Below, in pieces: positions 23,701 through 35,749 of a DNA stretch of 64,000 nucleotides (position 1 is its first letter; the number at the start of each line of letters is the position of its first letter). The notes below the pieces were generated by a model. It was not told the DNA's origin, ran no database searches, and saw only the letters and a list, made by a program, of their open reading frames with translations. The stretch is from Felis catus (Eukaryota). Location of the stretch: assembly GCF_018350175.1 (NCBI RefSeq), contig NC_058368.1, positions 120,034,001 through 120,098,000 of the forward strand, written 5' to 3'. The position numbers were made by a program, and so were the translations under genes.

Positions 23701-24534
23701 ATGTTCATTTGTTTCCATATATTTTTTAATTTCTTCTCTAATTGCCTGGTTGACCCATTCATTCTTTAGTAGGGTGTTGTTTAACCTCCATGCTTTTGGA
23801 GGTTTTCCAGACTTTTTCCTGTGGTTGATTTCAAGCTTCATAGCATTGTGGTCTGAAAGTATGCATGGTATAATTTCAATTTTTGTAAACTTATGAAGGG
23901 CTGTTTTGTGACCCAGTATGTGATCTATCTTGGAGAATGTTCCATGTGCACTCGAGAAGAAAGTATATTCTGTTGTTTTGGGATGCAGAGTTCTAAATAT
24001 ATCTATCAAGTCCATCTGATCCAATGTATCATTCAGGGCCCTTGTTTCTTTATTGACCGTGTGTCTAGATGATCTATCCATTTCTGTAAGTGGAGTGTTA
24101 AAATCCTCTGCAATTACCACATTCTTATCAATAAGGTTGCTTATGTTTGTGAGTAATTGTTTTATATATTTGGGGGCTCCCGTATTCGGCGCATAGACAT
24201 TTATAATTGTTAGCTCTTCCTGATGGATAGACCCCGTGATTATTATATAATGCCCTTCTTCATCTCTTGTTACAGCCTTTAATTTAAAGTCTAGTTTGTC
24301 TGATATAAGTATGGCTACTCCAGCTTTCTTTTGACTTCCAGTGGCATGATAAATAGTTCTCCATCCCCTCACTCTCAATCTGAAGGTGTCCTCAGGTCTA
24401 AAATGAGTCTCTTGTAGACAGCAAATAGATGGGTCTTGTTTTTTTATCCATTCTGATACCCTATGTCTTTTGGTTGGAGCATTTAGTCCATTTACGTTCA
24501 GCGTTATTATAGAAAGATATGGGTTTATAGTCAT
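20743..24534 (-). pseudogene. L1 ORF2, disrupted by several frameshifts
   Basis: Long open segments of 448 and 326 aa. EN motif GDFN is changed to EDFN and RT FADD to FTDD; the CCHC knuckle [18 protein letters not shown] is intact. Confidence 0.95.
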
Positions 24535-24584
24535 TGTGATGTCCATAGGTTTCATGCTTGTAGCGATGTCTCTGGTACTTTGTC

Positions 24585-25478
24585 TCACAGGATCCCCCTT
24601 AGGATCTCTTGTAGGGCTGGTTTAGTGGTGACGAATTCCTTCAGTTTTTGTTCATTTGGGAAGATCTTTATCTCTCCTTCTATTCTAAATGACAGACTTG
24701 CTGGATAAAGGATTCTCAGTTGCATATTTTTTCTGTTCATCACATTGAAGATCTCTTGCCAATCCTTTCTAGCCTGCCAAGTTTCAGTAGAGAGATCAGT
24801 CATGAGTCTTATAGGTCTCCCTTTATATGTTAGAGCACGTTTATCTCTAGCTGCTTTCAGAATTTTCTCTTTATCCTTGTTTTTTGCCAGTTTCACTATG
24901 ATATGTCGTGCAGAAGATCGATTCAAGTTACATCTGAAGGGAGTTCTCTGTGCCTCTTGGATTTCAATGCCTTTTTCCTTCCCCAGATCAGGGAAGTTCT
25001 CAGCTATTATTTCTTCAAGTACACCTTCAGCACCTTTCCCTCTTTCTTCCTCCTCTGGAATACCAATTATGCGTACATTATTTCTCTTTAGTGCATCACT
25101 TAGTTCTCTAATTTTCCCCTCATACTCCTGGATTTTTCAATCTCTCTTTTTCTCAGCTTCTTCTTTTTCCATAATTTTATCTTCTAGTTCACCTATTCTC
25201 TCCTCTGCCTCTTCAATCCCAGCCGTGGTTGTGTCCATTTTATTTTGCAGTTCATTGATAGCATTTTTTAGCTCCTCCTGGCTGTTCCTTAGTCCCTTGA
25301 TCTCTGTAGCAAGAGATTCTCTGCTGTCCTTTATTCTGTTTTGAAGTCCAGTGATTAATTTTATGACCATTATTCTAAATTCACTTTCTGTTATATTGTT
25401 TAAGTCATTTTTGATCAGTTCATTAGCTGTTGTTATTTCCTGGACGTGTTTCTGAGGGGAATTCTTCCATTTCGTCAT
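24585..25478 (-). pseudogene. L1 ORF1 with one in-frame stop
   Basis: MTKWKNSPQK...KPALQEILRGIL over 298 codons, with TGA at 25137-25139. Confidence 0.93.
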
Positions 25479-26391
25479 TTTGGATAGTCCCTGGAGTGGT
25501 GTGGGACTGCGGGGCACTTCCCCTGTGCTGTCTTGAATATCTTGAGTTGGTGGGCGGGGCCGCAGTCAGACCTGATGTCTGTCCCCAGCCCACTGCTGGG
25601 GCCACAGTGAGACTGGTGTGTGCCTTCCTTCCCCTCTCCTAGGGGCGGGATTCACTGTGGGGTGGTGTGGCCTGTCTGGGCTACTTGCACACTGTCAGGC
25701 TTGTGGTGCTGGGGATCTGGTGTATTAGGTGGGGTGGATTGGCAAGGTGCACGGGGGCGGGAGGGGCAGGCTCAGCTGGCTTTTCCTTGGGAGATCTGCT
25801 TCGGGACAGGCCCTGCGGCACTGGGAGGGAGTCAGACCCGCCAGAGGGATGGATCTGCAGAAGCACAGCGTTGGGTGTTTGTGTGGTGCAAGCAAGTTCC
25901 CTGGCAGGAACTGGTTCCCTTTGGGATTTTGGCTGGGGGATGGGTGAGGGAGATGGCGCTGGTGAGCGCCTTTGTTCCCTGCCAAGCTGAGCTCTGTCGT
26001 CCGGGGCTCAACAACTCTCCCTCCTGTTGTCCTCCAGCCCTCCCGTTTTCCGAGCAGAGCTGTTAGCTTATAACCTTTCAGATGTTAAGTCCTGCTCACT
26101 GTCCCAACACACTTTGTCCGGCCTCTCCACTTTTGCCAGCCAAACTCGGGGGTTCTGCTTGGCCGGCGGGCCGCCCCTCCGCCCCAGCTCCCTCCCGCCA
26201 GTCCGTGGAGGGCGCACCCCTTGCTGCCCTTCCTACCCTCTTCCGTGGGCCTCTCGTCTGCACTTGGCTCCAGAGACTCCGGTCTGCTAGTCTTCTGGTG
26301 GTTTTCTGGGTTATTTAGGGAGGTGTAGGTGGAATCTAAGTGATCAGCAGGACGCGCGGTGAGCCCAGCGTCGTCCTATGCTGCTATCTTC
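25479..26391 (-). promoter_or_regulatory. L1 5'UTR internal promoter, GC/CpG-rich
   Basis: CpG cluster and GC boxes at 26140-26375; lies directly upstream of ORF1. Confidence 0.8.
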
Positions 26392-26401
26392 TGAAATTTT
26401 T

Positions 26402-26620
26402 TAAAAATATTTTTTAAATGTTTATTTATTTTTGAGACAGACAGAGACAGAGTGCGAGTGAGGGAGTGCCAGGGAGAGAGACAGGGAGACAGAATCCGAA
26501 ACAGGCTCCAGGCTCTGAGCTGTCAGCACAGAGCCTGATGCGGGGTTGAACCCATGAACAGTGAGATCAAGACCTGAGCTGAAGTCAGCTGCTCTACTCA
26601 CTGAGCCACCCAGGCGCCCC
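26402..26620 (-). mobile_element. Can-SINE (host of the full-length L1)
   Basis: TSD tatcttgaaa at 20472-20481 and 26621-26630. Confidence 0.93.
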
Positions 26621-26630
26621 TATCTTGAAA

Positions 26631-26825
26631 AGTTTTTTTTAATGTTTATTCATGTTTTGAGACCAGGGGCCAGAAGAGAGAGAGAGAGAGACCCAGAATC
26701 TGAAGCAGGCTCCAGGCTCTGAGCTGTCAGCACAGAACCTGACACGGGGCTTGAGCTCATGAACCATGAGATTGTGATCTGAGGCGAAGTCTGACATTTA
26801 ACCGACTGAGCCATCCAGGCACTCC
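26631..26825 (-). mobile_element. Can-SINE (oldest layer of the nested stack)
   Basis: TSD atttcattta at 20464-20473 and 26826-26835. Confidence 0.92.
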
Positions 26826-26864
26826 ATTTCATTTAAAGTATTTTCATTTAAAGTAACATAAATA

Positions 26865-27082
26865 GGAGCGCCTGGGTGGCTCAGCTGGTTAGGCATCCGA
26901 CTTCGGCTCAGATCATGATCTCACCGTCCGTGAGTTCGAGCCCCGCATCAGGCTCTGTGCTGACAGCTCAGAGCCTGGAGCCTATTTCAGATTCTGCGTC
27001 TCCCTCTCTCTCTGACCCTCCCCTATTCATGCTGTCTCTCCCTGTCTCAAAAATAAATAAACATTAAAAAATTAAAAAAAAA
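26865..27082 (+). mobile_element. Can-SINE
   Basis: TSD taacataaata at 26854-26864 and 27083-27093. Confidence 0.95.
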
Positions 27083-27801
27083 TAACATAAATAAACCAAT
27101 CACACTGTAATGCAACTATGTATTTTTTACTTAAAAAGTACTTGGCAAAACAACAAAAAAATGACAGTATTTTTGCAAAAACAACAAAAATGTTATGTCT
27201 TTGTAAATTTGAAAATATTTTTTAAAGGTTTGGATTAATAGAAGACAAGTAGCCTCTCACATTTTCTTTTGCATTTAATTTGTTTCAAGGGGATGGTTTG
27301 GTTGATGGGTGTAGAAAAAAAATTGACCATCTAGATATACATGGTTGGAAATGAAGGCAGTTTTTAATATACTTTACAGATGATTGTGGATGTTTTTCTT
27401 TATTACTACACCAGAACTCAACTGGTGATAGTCTGTTGAAAACCAGTTGTGATATGGAATGTGTACTCTTTTCAGTGAACTTTTTGTATTCTCTTACATT
27501 AAAATACAGTGGTCTACTTGCATTTTGAATGAGTATTTTACCAATGCATGATTTGATAAAATCATGCTCTGGTTATTTGGAAAATACTGACTTACTGAGT
27601 TGTGAAGTTTTTTTCAAATACCATCATAATTTATTGTATAACCTCAAAAAAAAAATCCCACATGTTAATGGCACTACCAATCTTATCAGAAAGGTCCTGA
27701 CATACTGAGAAGCTTTCAAGTTCATGGTTTCAGACACATGGGTTTCAAAATTCTCATTTTTCCGTTCAAATTTCATCTTTAACAAATACCAGTTTTTCTT
27801 T

Positions 27802-28027
27802 TCTTTTTTTTTTTAATTTTTTTTTTCCAACGTTTATTTATTTTTGGGACAGAGAGAGACAGAGCACGAACGGGGGAGGGGCAGAGAGAGAGGGAGACAC
27901 AGAATCGGAAACAGGCTCCAGGCTCTGAGCCATCAGCCCAGAGCCCGACGCAGGGCTCGAAGTCAGACCGCGAGATCGTGACCTGGCTGAAGTCGGACGC
28001 TTAACCGACTGTGCCACCCAGGCGCCC
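27802..28027 (-). mobile_element. Young felid Can-SINE
   Basis: TSD aataccagtttttctt. Confidence 0.97.
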
Positions 28028-28331
28028 AATACCAGTTTTTCTTAAAGTTACAGGCTCACTTCATTATTCTCAAGAAATTCTCAAGAAAATTATCTTTATG
28101 TCACATTTCCAAGTCTTAATGACTAGAGTTTATGTTTAATAAGGGGAGGAAAAAACAAACTTTGAAACTCAAACATTCACATAAGCATTTTTGCTCAAGA
28201 CAATCCCACTTTGGGTGTGCAGCATTAATGTCTCATGCATACCTCCCAATTCATCATTTCTTCACAAACAGTGTTAAAAGGACGTGTACTCAAGATTGAG
28301 AGTCAGTCAAATAAAGTAAGGATATTCTTTG

Positions 28332-28334
<3 letters not shown>

Positions 28335-28400
<66 letters not shown>

Positions 28401-28417
28401 TACATACATACATATAT
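28335..28417. repeat. Compound (TA)n(CA)n(TACA)n microsatellite
   Basis: Seen directly in the sequence. Confidence 0.95.
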
Positions 28418-28827
28418 TATGGTAGAGAATACAGTGTTTCCCAGTAGTACAGTCTGGTGTACTGACTTGATTTGTACAAAGGCATCAGAAATTTTACACG
28501 CCATAGCTTTTGCTCTGTTAGTACAAATATCAACCCAGTGTGAACAAGGCAGTGTTGGTATACTCTGAACACAGTTCTGAGCTCATGGGTGCCCTGGAAA
28601 TGTCTTGGGGACTCTGCTGTTCTTAGAATTGCTGCCTTAAATCCAATCTGCCTTTCTCTTGAGTAGCTAGAATTTGAACAATTCAATTCTGTGCTCCTTT
28701 TTTGAGTGACCAATTCAGATGCCAAATGTATTACTGTTACTTACACATCTCTGATTTTGTGATTCTCATGGCCCATGATGAGCCAGTACATTGTAGTCCC
28801 ACTAATCTTTCTATTAACTCCCTATGA

Positions 28828-28867
28828 ATCGCTTTCAGCCTTTTGGCTAAGATCAAGTGTAGTATCT
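28828..28867 (+). pseudogene. RNU2: U2 snRNA 5'-fragment (~nt 1-41) tailless retropseudogene
   Basis: atcgctttcagccttttggctaagatcaagtgtagtatct; perfect 17-bp TSD tctattaactccctatg at 28810-28826 and 28865-28881. Confidence 0.95.
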
Positions 28868-29127
28868 ATTAACTCCCTATGTTTTCTCTAGGTCCTGCGA
28901 CTATTCACATACTTTTTCTTCAACTAGGAACACCACTTCCCTCCAAACTGTGAGGGTAACATATACTCAGATATAAGCTAAATATCATTTTCTTAATAAC
29001 ATGCTCGTTGATACTTACTTTTGAACTTACTTTTAAACATCTGTTATATGCTATGGAATAGGAATTAGTCATAAATTTGTAAATTGTGGATATTCTTTTT
29101 TATGAGTTTAATGTCTATATCATTCAC

Positions 29128-29326
29128 TTTTTTTTAAGTGTATTTATTTTTGAGAGAGAGAGAGAGAGAGAGAGAAAGTGTGAGTTGGGGAGGAGCAGAG
29201 AGACAGGGAGAGAAGACAGAATCCCGAGCAAGCTCCATGCTGACCTGGGGCTCAAATCCATGAGCCGTGAGATCATGACCTAAGTTGGAGTTGGATGTTT
29301 AACCAATTGAGCCAGCCAGACGCCCC
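29128..29326 (-). mobile_element. Can-SINE (older)
   Basis: Flanked by repeated tatcattcact. Confidence 0.9.
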
Positions 29327-29808
29327 TGTATCATTCACTCTTAAATCAGCCCCCGACAAGGTGCCTGTTACGCAATATTCACCCAATAAATACTTGTGTA
29401 TTATATATTCTTCACAGTCTGGAGTACAGGTGACCCAAAATGTTAACTATTTTTCTGTTTAATCTCTGTCATGTTTTCCTTTTACCTGTCAGCAAATAAA
29501 TAAATAAATAAGTTTAATTCTAGGTAATTCCATTGTTTTTCTACTTATAGGTAAGTGATAAAATTCAGGGTTTCTTCCTTTTTTTCTCCCTGGTACAGAT
29601 TTTATCATCTAGGATTGACTCAAGATTAGAATACCAGTGGAGATGGGTACCCTACTGCTTGGTCTGGATCCATGTATCCTGGTGCCTATCAGTTAATGCA
29701 ACAACACTGTTGTGCTTTGTGATAGGCAGCCTCCATCCCCCGTGGCATTTGTACATAAGACGGTACACCCCTACATGAAACTAACTAAGATGGCCTCTAG
29801 TATACAAC

Positions 29809-30453
29809 TAGCTGGTCCTCATTATTTGCAGCTTTCACAATTGTGAATTTTCATACTTCCTGTGATTGGTTTAGAATCTTAAAATCAATAGCTGGCACTA
29901 TTTTGTGGTCCCATAAAAACATGATTAGAGCAGTGAAAAAATCCGCTGTGCATAATCCCAGTTGGGGCTGAATATAGTGATGCTCAGTGTTCTTGTGTTA
30001 CTTTTCCTGCTATAAGCAGGGGTCCTTTTTGAGTCTATGTGGTGCTGGCTTACCCAACATTTTTGAGCTTTTTTTCTGGTGATGTTGCGTTTAAAATGGA
30101 CTCGAAGCATAGTACACTCGAGTGTTCCTAATTACGAGAAGGCTGTGAAATGCCTTATTGAGAAAATGCCATGTGTTAGAAAGGCTGCATTCAGTTCTGA
30201 GTTATGCCGTTGTTGGCTGTGGGTTCAAATCAGGTGAGTTAGCTAGCATTACATGTGAAATAAGGTTTCTTTAAACAAACGCACACACAAAACAAGGTTC
30301 CATATTGATCCGTTGATAAAAATGGTGTGGCCAAGGGGCTCGTGAGAACCTAAACCTGTATTTCTCCTAGAAGTAATGGTTTAGTATTTGCGAATTCTAT
30401 ATTTGTAACTACTTGATAAAACATTAATTACCATGAATAATGAGAATTTACTG
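29809..30453. mobile_element. MER82-like TcMar-Tigger element
   Basis: ~645 bp with degenerate TIRs (ctcattatt / aataatgag); internal gagaaggctgtga...gagaaaat...gtgttaga motif. Confidence 0.75.
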
Positions 30454-30610
30454 TGCCATTTTCCTAGGACTTCCTGCAGTCACTGAGTGTGCAGTCATGA
30501 CCCTGAATTCTGGTTCTAGCTCCACTATATACTCACTGTATGCAAGACCAAGAGTCTTTCCAAAGAAGCTTCTCTAAGTATAGAAGAGAGTTATTTTTTT
30601 CCTTCTAATC

Positions 30611-31061
30611 TGTGGTGGTTTGAAGTGTGTCCCCCAAAACATTATGCTGAAGTTCTATCTCCCGGTACCTGCGAATGTGACTTTAACTGGAAATAGGGTC
30701 TTAGAAGATGTAATAAAATTAAGAAGAGGTTGTACTGGATCCAGGTGAGTCCTAAATCCAGTAACTGGTGTCCTTACATACAGACAGACTTGGAGATCTA
30801 GAGACAGAGAAGAGACCTATAGGAAAGAAGACCAGCTACAGATGGAGGTAGAGATTGGACTTGGCCAAAGAGCCCAAGGATTGCTGGCCGGTACCAGAAG
30901 CTAGGGCAGAGGCATGAAACACAGTCTTCCCCAGAAGGAGCCAACCCTTTAGACACCTTGATTTTCGACTTTAGTGTTCCAAAACTTTGAGATAATACAT
31001 TCCTATTTTAATCCAGCCCATTCAGGGTACTTTGTTACAATAGCCCTGTGAAGCTAACACA
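30611..31061 (+). mobile_element. MaLR solo LTR (MLT1C-like)
   Basis: TG...CA ends; ccggtacctgcgaatgtgac...ggaaatagggtc; 3' end tactttgttacaatagccc...ctaacaca. Confidence 0.85.
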
Positions 31062-32728
31062 CACCCTTTAACATTTTAAGGTAGTATCATTGATGAGATC
31101 CCACAGAAAAATAAACTCCAAAAAGATCTGTGAGAAAAGGGTATTTGATCAAATGCATCATGGTAGTTCACAATTGGCAAGTCCTCTCTGCTAATTAACT
31201 GGAAATTCTAGCTTCCAGTTTTCAGATAGCGGGTGTCACTGAGAAGTAGGACGCTGGAGAACGAACTCATGGGAAAGTTTCTGTATGTGCCATTTCACAC
31301 TCTCAGATCAAATGCTGTTTAATGGAGGAATGATAAATATTAATGTGGCACCTGCTTCAATTACTTTCAACTAGCAGGAGCTGACACAGTGCGGCACACC
31401 CAGTGAGACCATGAGGAAGCAGCTCTTGACACTGGCAGGCGTACCTCAGCGATCCCTCCTGAACCAGACCCAGTACCTTTCCTAATTGGCCCTCTGAGGT
31501 GGGATGTTGCTCGCCAGCCTGAAGACCCTTAGTGACTGCGGGGCCGTTTGCCAGCTCTCATGCAACACAGGGGTTGCGTCCGTGCCTCATATGTAGGCTG
31601 GTGGGGAAGGGAGCTGTTGACCAGCGCTCCCTTTCCCAATCAGGTGCCTGGAGATGAGCCTGTGGAAGGTTACCTCCTTCCACCGTACGTGGAACAGCCA
31701 CCTTGCCTCAGGATTTTCCCGGAGGTAGTGTTTGACTCATTTGCTTGCACTTCCGGCTGCTGCTGGGGTCACACACTACCACGAACCTGGCAGGGTATCT
31801 TCCAGGGGATGTTTCCCTTCCCTTGCTTCAAGTTATTTATGGGGGCACCAGGACTTGAGAATCCTGCATAGAAAGGAAGTAAAATCAGGAAGGCAGCAAT
31901 AAGTACCAGTACCTGTGTCTGGGCCTGCCTCTAGCCATGTAAATTATTTAGAAATTGTTCAATGTAGCCCTCTGTGACAAGCTTCACCGAGAGACTGGGA
32001 GAAGTGATAGCCTATTCTCCAGAAGCTGCATGCAAAAAGAGCATCTCCAAGTGAAATTTTTCAGCCATAATTTATATAGGATTCTAGGTGTGCCAGCTGC
32101 TCCATGACGTGCTTAATAAGTTTAATTCTTCAAATTCTAGCAACCCTAAGGTGGATCAACTATCATTACCTATATTGTACATCTAAAGACTCCTAAGAAT
32201 AGTAGAAGTGGAGTAAATTTTCCAGGAAATGACTAGTAAGTGATAGAACCTGCTTACAAATACGGGTCTACTTGACTCCATTTCCAATCTTATCTCCTAA
32301 GTGCATAACCTCTTATTGGAGCTTGAAAACACACCACACGCGTGCACACACACACATACACACCCCCCCACACACATGTTGGACCAGAGCTTTGAATAAT
32401 ATAGACACACATATATGCACACATACATATGTTGGATTCTTAGGTTAGAATAAAGTCTATGCCTGACATATTACCAATAGTAATATTTCACATGGATATA
32501 CCAGTAGATAGATATCTTAGAACAGAGACGATTTCTGTTCTACCAACCAAAAATAGTTCAGCATTTGGCACTAAGGTATACACAGTAAATATTGGTTGAA
32601 TTAATAACTGAAACAAATATATGGCCAGATAAAATTCTTCTATTGATTGCAGTTCTGTAGCCTCTATAAACTTTTTAATTCCCAGACCAGCTTCAGGAAA
32701 TAGGCAGAATAAAAATGATCATTCTTAC

Positions 32729-32941
32729 CTTGCAGACATGGACCTGGAACTTATATTTTCTGATTGCTGGGTTTTGCTCTCTCCACTCCATCTTTCTGAT
32801 ATGGCAGCCTTGGGTTCAGCTATTACTCCATACGTTCTTGTTGTTTTCATTGGCCTAATTTGAGACACTAGACAGACGTTGCTGATTGCCAAAGAGGAGG
32901 CAAAGAATGGCCTGAAAATCCCCAGAGTTTGTACTTTCATC
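32729..32941 (-). other. Candidate internal exon (213 nt), unverified
   Basis: Acceptor tttctttaaag|G, donor AAG|gtaaga, one frame open throughout. Confidence 0.3.
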
Positions 32942-32982
32942 CTTTAAAGAAACTGTGAACATGCTGGGATCTCTTCCTCTTC

Positions 32983-33005
32983 TTTTTTAAAAATGTTTAT
33001 TTATT

Positions 33006-33053
<48 letters not shown>

Positions 33054-33224
33054 AGGTAGTGTGAGTCAGAGAGGGGCAGAGAGAGGGAGAGAGAGAATCC
33101 CAAGCAGGCTCCATGCTGTCAGCACAGAGCCCGACATGGGGCTTGATCCCACAAACCACAAGATCATGACCTGAGCAGAAATCAAGAGTCAGAGGCTTAA
33201 CCGACTGAACTACTCAGGTGCCCC
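32983..33224 (-). mobile_element. Can-SINE with long (GA)n
   Basis: Tail, (GA)n of about 20 units, head at right. Confidence 0.93.
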
Positions 33225-35749
33225 TGAGATTTCTTCTTAACTTTGGGAAAGGTAGCTCCTCCCATTTGAACAGTAAAATTTGGAGCTGGCAACTGAGTAC
33301 CACAAAGATCATTCCATTTTGGGAACTAGAGACCCTTAGGTGAGTCCTAAAGTACAATCAAGGCATACTTACCATTTCAATGTGTCCTTGGTGATACAGA
33401 GATATGTCCCTGGTTTGACACATCAAATGACTCGAGAACTTTAAGGAATAAATCTCTGTTCCATATTTTGGAAGAAGAATAAAAGAAAGATATTTAAGTG
33501 CATCTAGAGCTATAGATACAGATAGATATATGAAAAGTCACAAATACCTCATGATTTTTAACTACACTCTCAATTGTGAATGATATTGGAAAATAGTATT
33601 ATGGGAAAATTTAAATGTTAAACACATATGTTACTGCTTCTAGCTTTTCCTCTCTGTTCTACGTTGCCCATGGGTAGGATGGATAATTCTCAACCCCTCC
33701 TGTGGGGAGTTTCTCTTGTAGCCACATGTAGAAGGCCAAGATTATATATCACCTTAAGCAACCAGATACCAAGAAATCAAACATGGTCTTGTATATTTAC
33801 CAAATATTGTAAGGAAGAGCCCAGAGATGGTTAATGACCTACCAGAAACTGCAACAACTATTTTGAACCTATTGCCATCTATTATCTTCCTGTGAAAAGC
33901 TAATACTAGATATCTATTAATTATATTAATACAAGTAGAAAAGGTTAATTAATTTCTCCATTTTTCATAACAGAGCTGCATCTCTTGAAAGATGCTATTT
34001 GGGTCCACTACAAAGTTTTGAAGTCCACTACTAGGGGTAAACTCCCTTAGACTCTAGCTCGTTTTACATACGCACCTGATACTATAGACTCTTGTTCTTC
34101 CCTTTAGGCTCCATATCACCATCACATTCCTTGTGCCTTAATGGTAATGACCTTTCCTTTCTTTTTCTGATTTCAGTTTGAAGCTCTTAAATCCTTATTA
34201 TCAATAGTCAGTTCTCCTTTCTCTTTATATACAGTATCTTATGAGCTCCAAGTTTGTTAGATTTGGCTTCATAGGTCCTCTTCCTTCCCTTTTTACTACA
34301 ACCTCTCTCGTCCATTTTCCTTGAATACCTTTACTCTCTATCTACAACTTTTGAAATTTAAAACCTCTTTTCAGAGTCCTCTGAGAAGCTATGATCTCTA
34401 AGAACCTTCTGAAAGTGCAGCTTGCCCAATAAAATTTGAGATTGCCTTCTCCTGAAATGCTATAGCATGTGTATTTCTTGTTAAAAATCTATCTAGTATG
34501 ATATAGTTCTATCTATATAGCATGATAGTTATGGGGGCCCTGTTTGGTTCTCTCCTTTTTTGAAATATGAGAAGTGTCAGTCTCAGATGCAGCCCTTGGG
34601 GGCTGGCAGTATACTACACCTATTAGCTTTGCTCCTAATAGATAGTCTGCTATAGAAATTTAAGGGTTCTATAGTCAGGCTGGCTAGATTTGAATCCAAG
34701 CTTTGACATATATGACTTCAGACAAATTACTTAATTGCTTTGAACCTCAGTTCTCTTATCTAACAAAGAACAATGACTGTTTTTGAAATGTGTGTTTTAA
34801 TGCACATTAACTGTTATTCTTTGAGTACCTGTTCTGTGCTCAGATACTTTTTTCGTGTGCTCAAAAGATACACATTGGTAAACAAGACAGACAAGTGCCT
34901 TACTTTCACAAGGTGTAGATTCTAGTGGGAGGAGACCAAGGGCTGATGTTAACTTGTTATGCAATACCATGGCTGTACCACTTCTTATTTTCAGATAAAT
35001 TTCCATTCTGTTTTCAGCTAAATTTCTAATCCATAGGTTCCTACATCATTTTGGTTGTTAAAGATAGTGAATGTAATTCTGTGTACAGATACTTAGCAAA
35101 TTATGTTGAAAGGGACGTTTTGGGTGAGGCACCATGACAATATATACCATACTCCAAAGTGAAATGAGAGGTCATGATATAAACAATTCAAAAGTGGTGT
35201 TGAAATCCACTTCTGTATCTATTAAAATCTTCTCATGCACTGAGTATAACTAAATGTCAGCTTGAAGATAAAAGAAAAAAAAATGCTGTTGAGAGCATTT
35301 GGGATCCTCTAAGTGCCACCTTTTCCCCTAAGGATGGGAAGGGTGGGTCTGCTTCTTTCTTCTGCTTACATTAAGAAAGATGTACTTTAAGGAGACCATT
35401 CAGAGTTAAATATGATTTCTCCTTGTTTTGGGAAACCCTGTACACTTGAGCCGATTCCTTCTGAAAGATCCGGAAAGTGAAAGATAGGTCAGCTAGCTGC
35501 TTTGGTACTGGAGTGATGGAGTATTGAGTGGCCTGCATCCCTTGACTTTATTGAGGAATATAATACTTAAATATTCCCCCTTGGACAAAGTATGCATGGA
35601 AACAAGGGGAGGGGTGTTTCTGGGAGGGCTGTAGAAAGATTGAATAGACATCAGAAGAAAGATCTTGAGGTACCAGTTGATACCTATGTCCAAGGAAGGA
35701 GTAAGTAGACAGCTGCAGTAGAAATGTATTCATATTCATCAGTAATCAA

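Larger units (their letters stand above)
20487..26391 (-). mobile_element. Full-length LINE-1 (5'UTR, ORF1, ORF2, 3'UTR, tail)
   Basis: All parts present and colinear; AATAAA (tttatt 20531-20536); TSD tgaaattttt at 20477-20486 and 26392-26401. Confidence 0.97.
20334..28620 (-). mobile_element. Charlie1-like hAT DNA transposon remnant, interrupted by an L1, four SINEs and a microsatellite
   Basis: 20334-20470 (ctcaggacccc...aaacctgagaaa) continues colinearly at 26830-28620 (taatagaagacaag...tactacaccagaactca...ggacgtgtactcaag), matching Charlie1 as recalled. Confidence 0.75.

Noticed and set aside
24535..24588. ORF2 frame open through the inter-ORF spacer, overlapping the ORF1 stop (GTGA)
   Set aside because: The spacer is short and also open in the other copy; probably a subfamily property, with no sign of function visible here.
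31420..31870. GC-richer block with a 107-aa ORF
   Set aside because: No recognisable protein, splice pattern or repeat family; cannot support a call.
32518..32542. 9-bp hairpin tagaacaga/tctgttcta
   Set aside because: Too short to be significant in 64 kb and lies in L2-like sequence.
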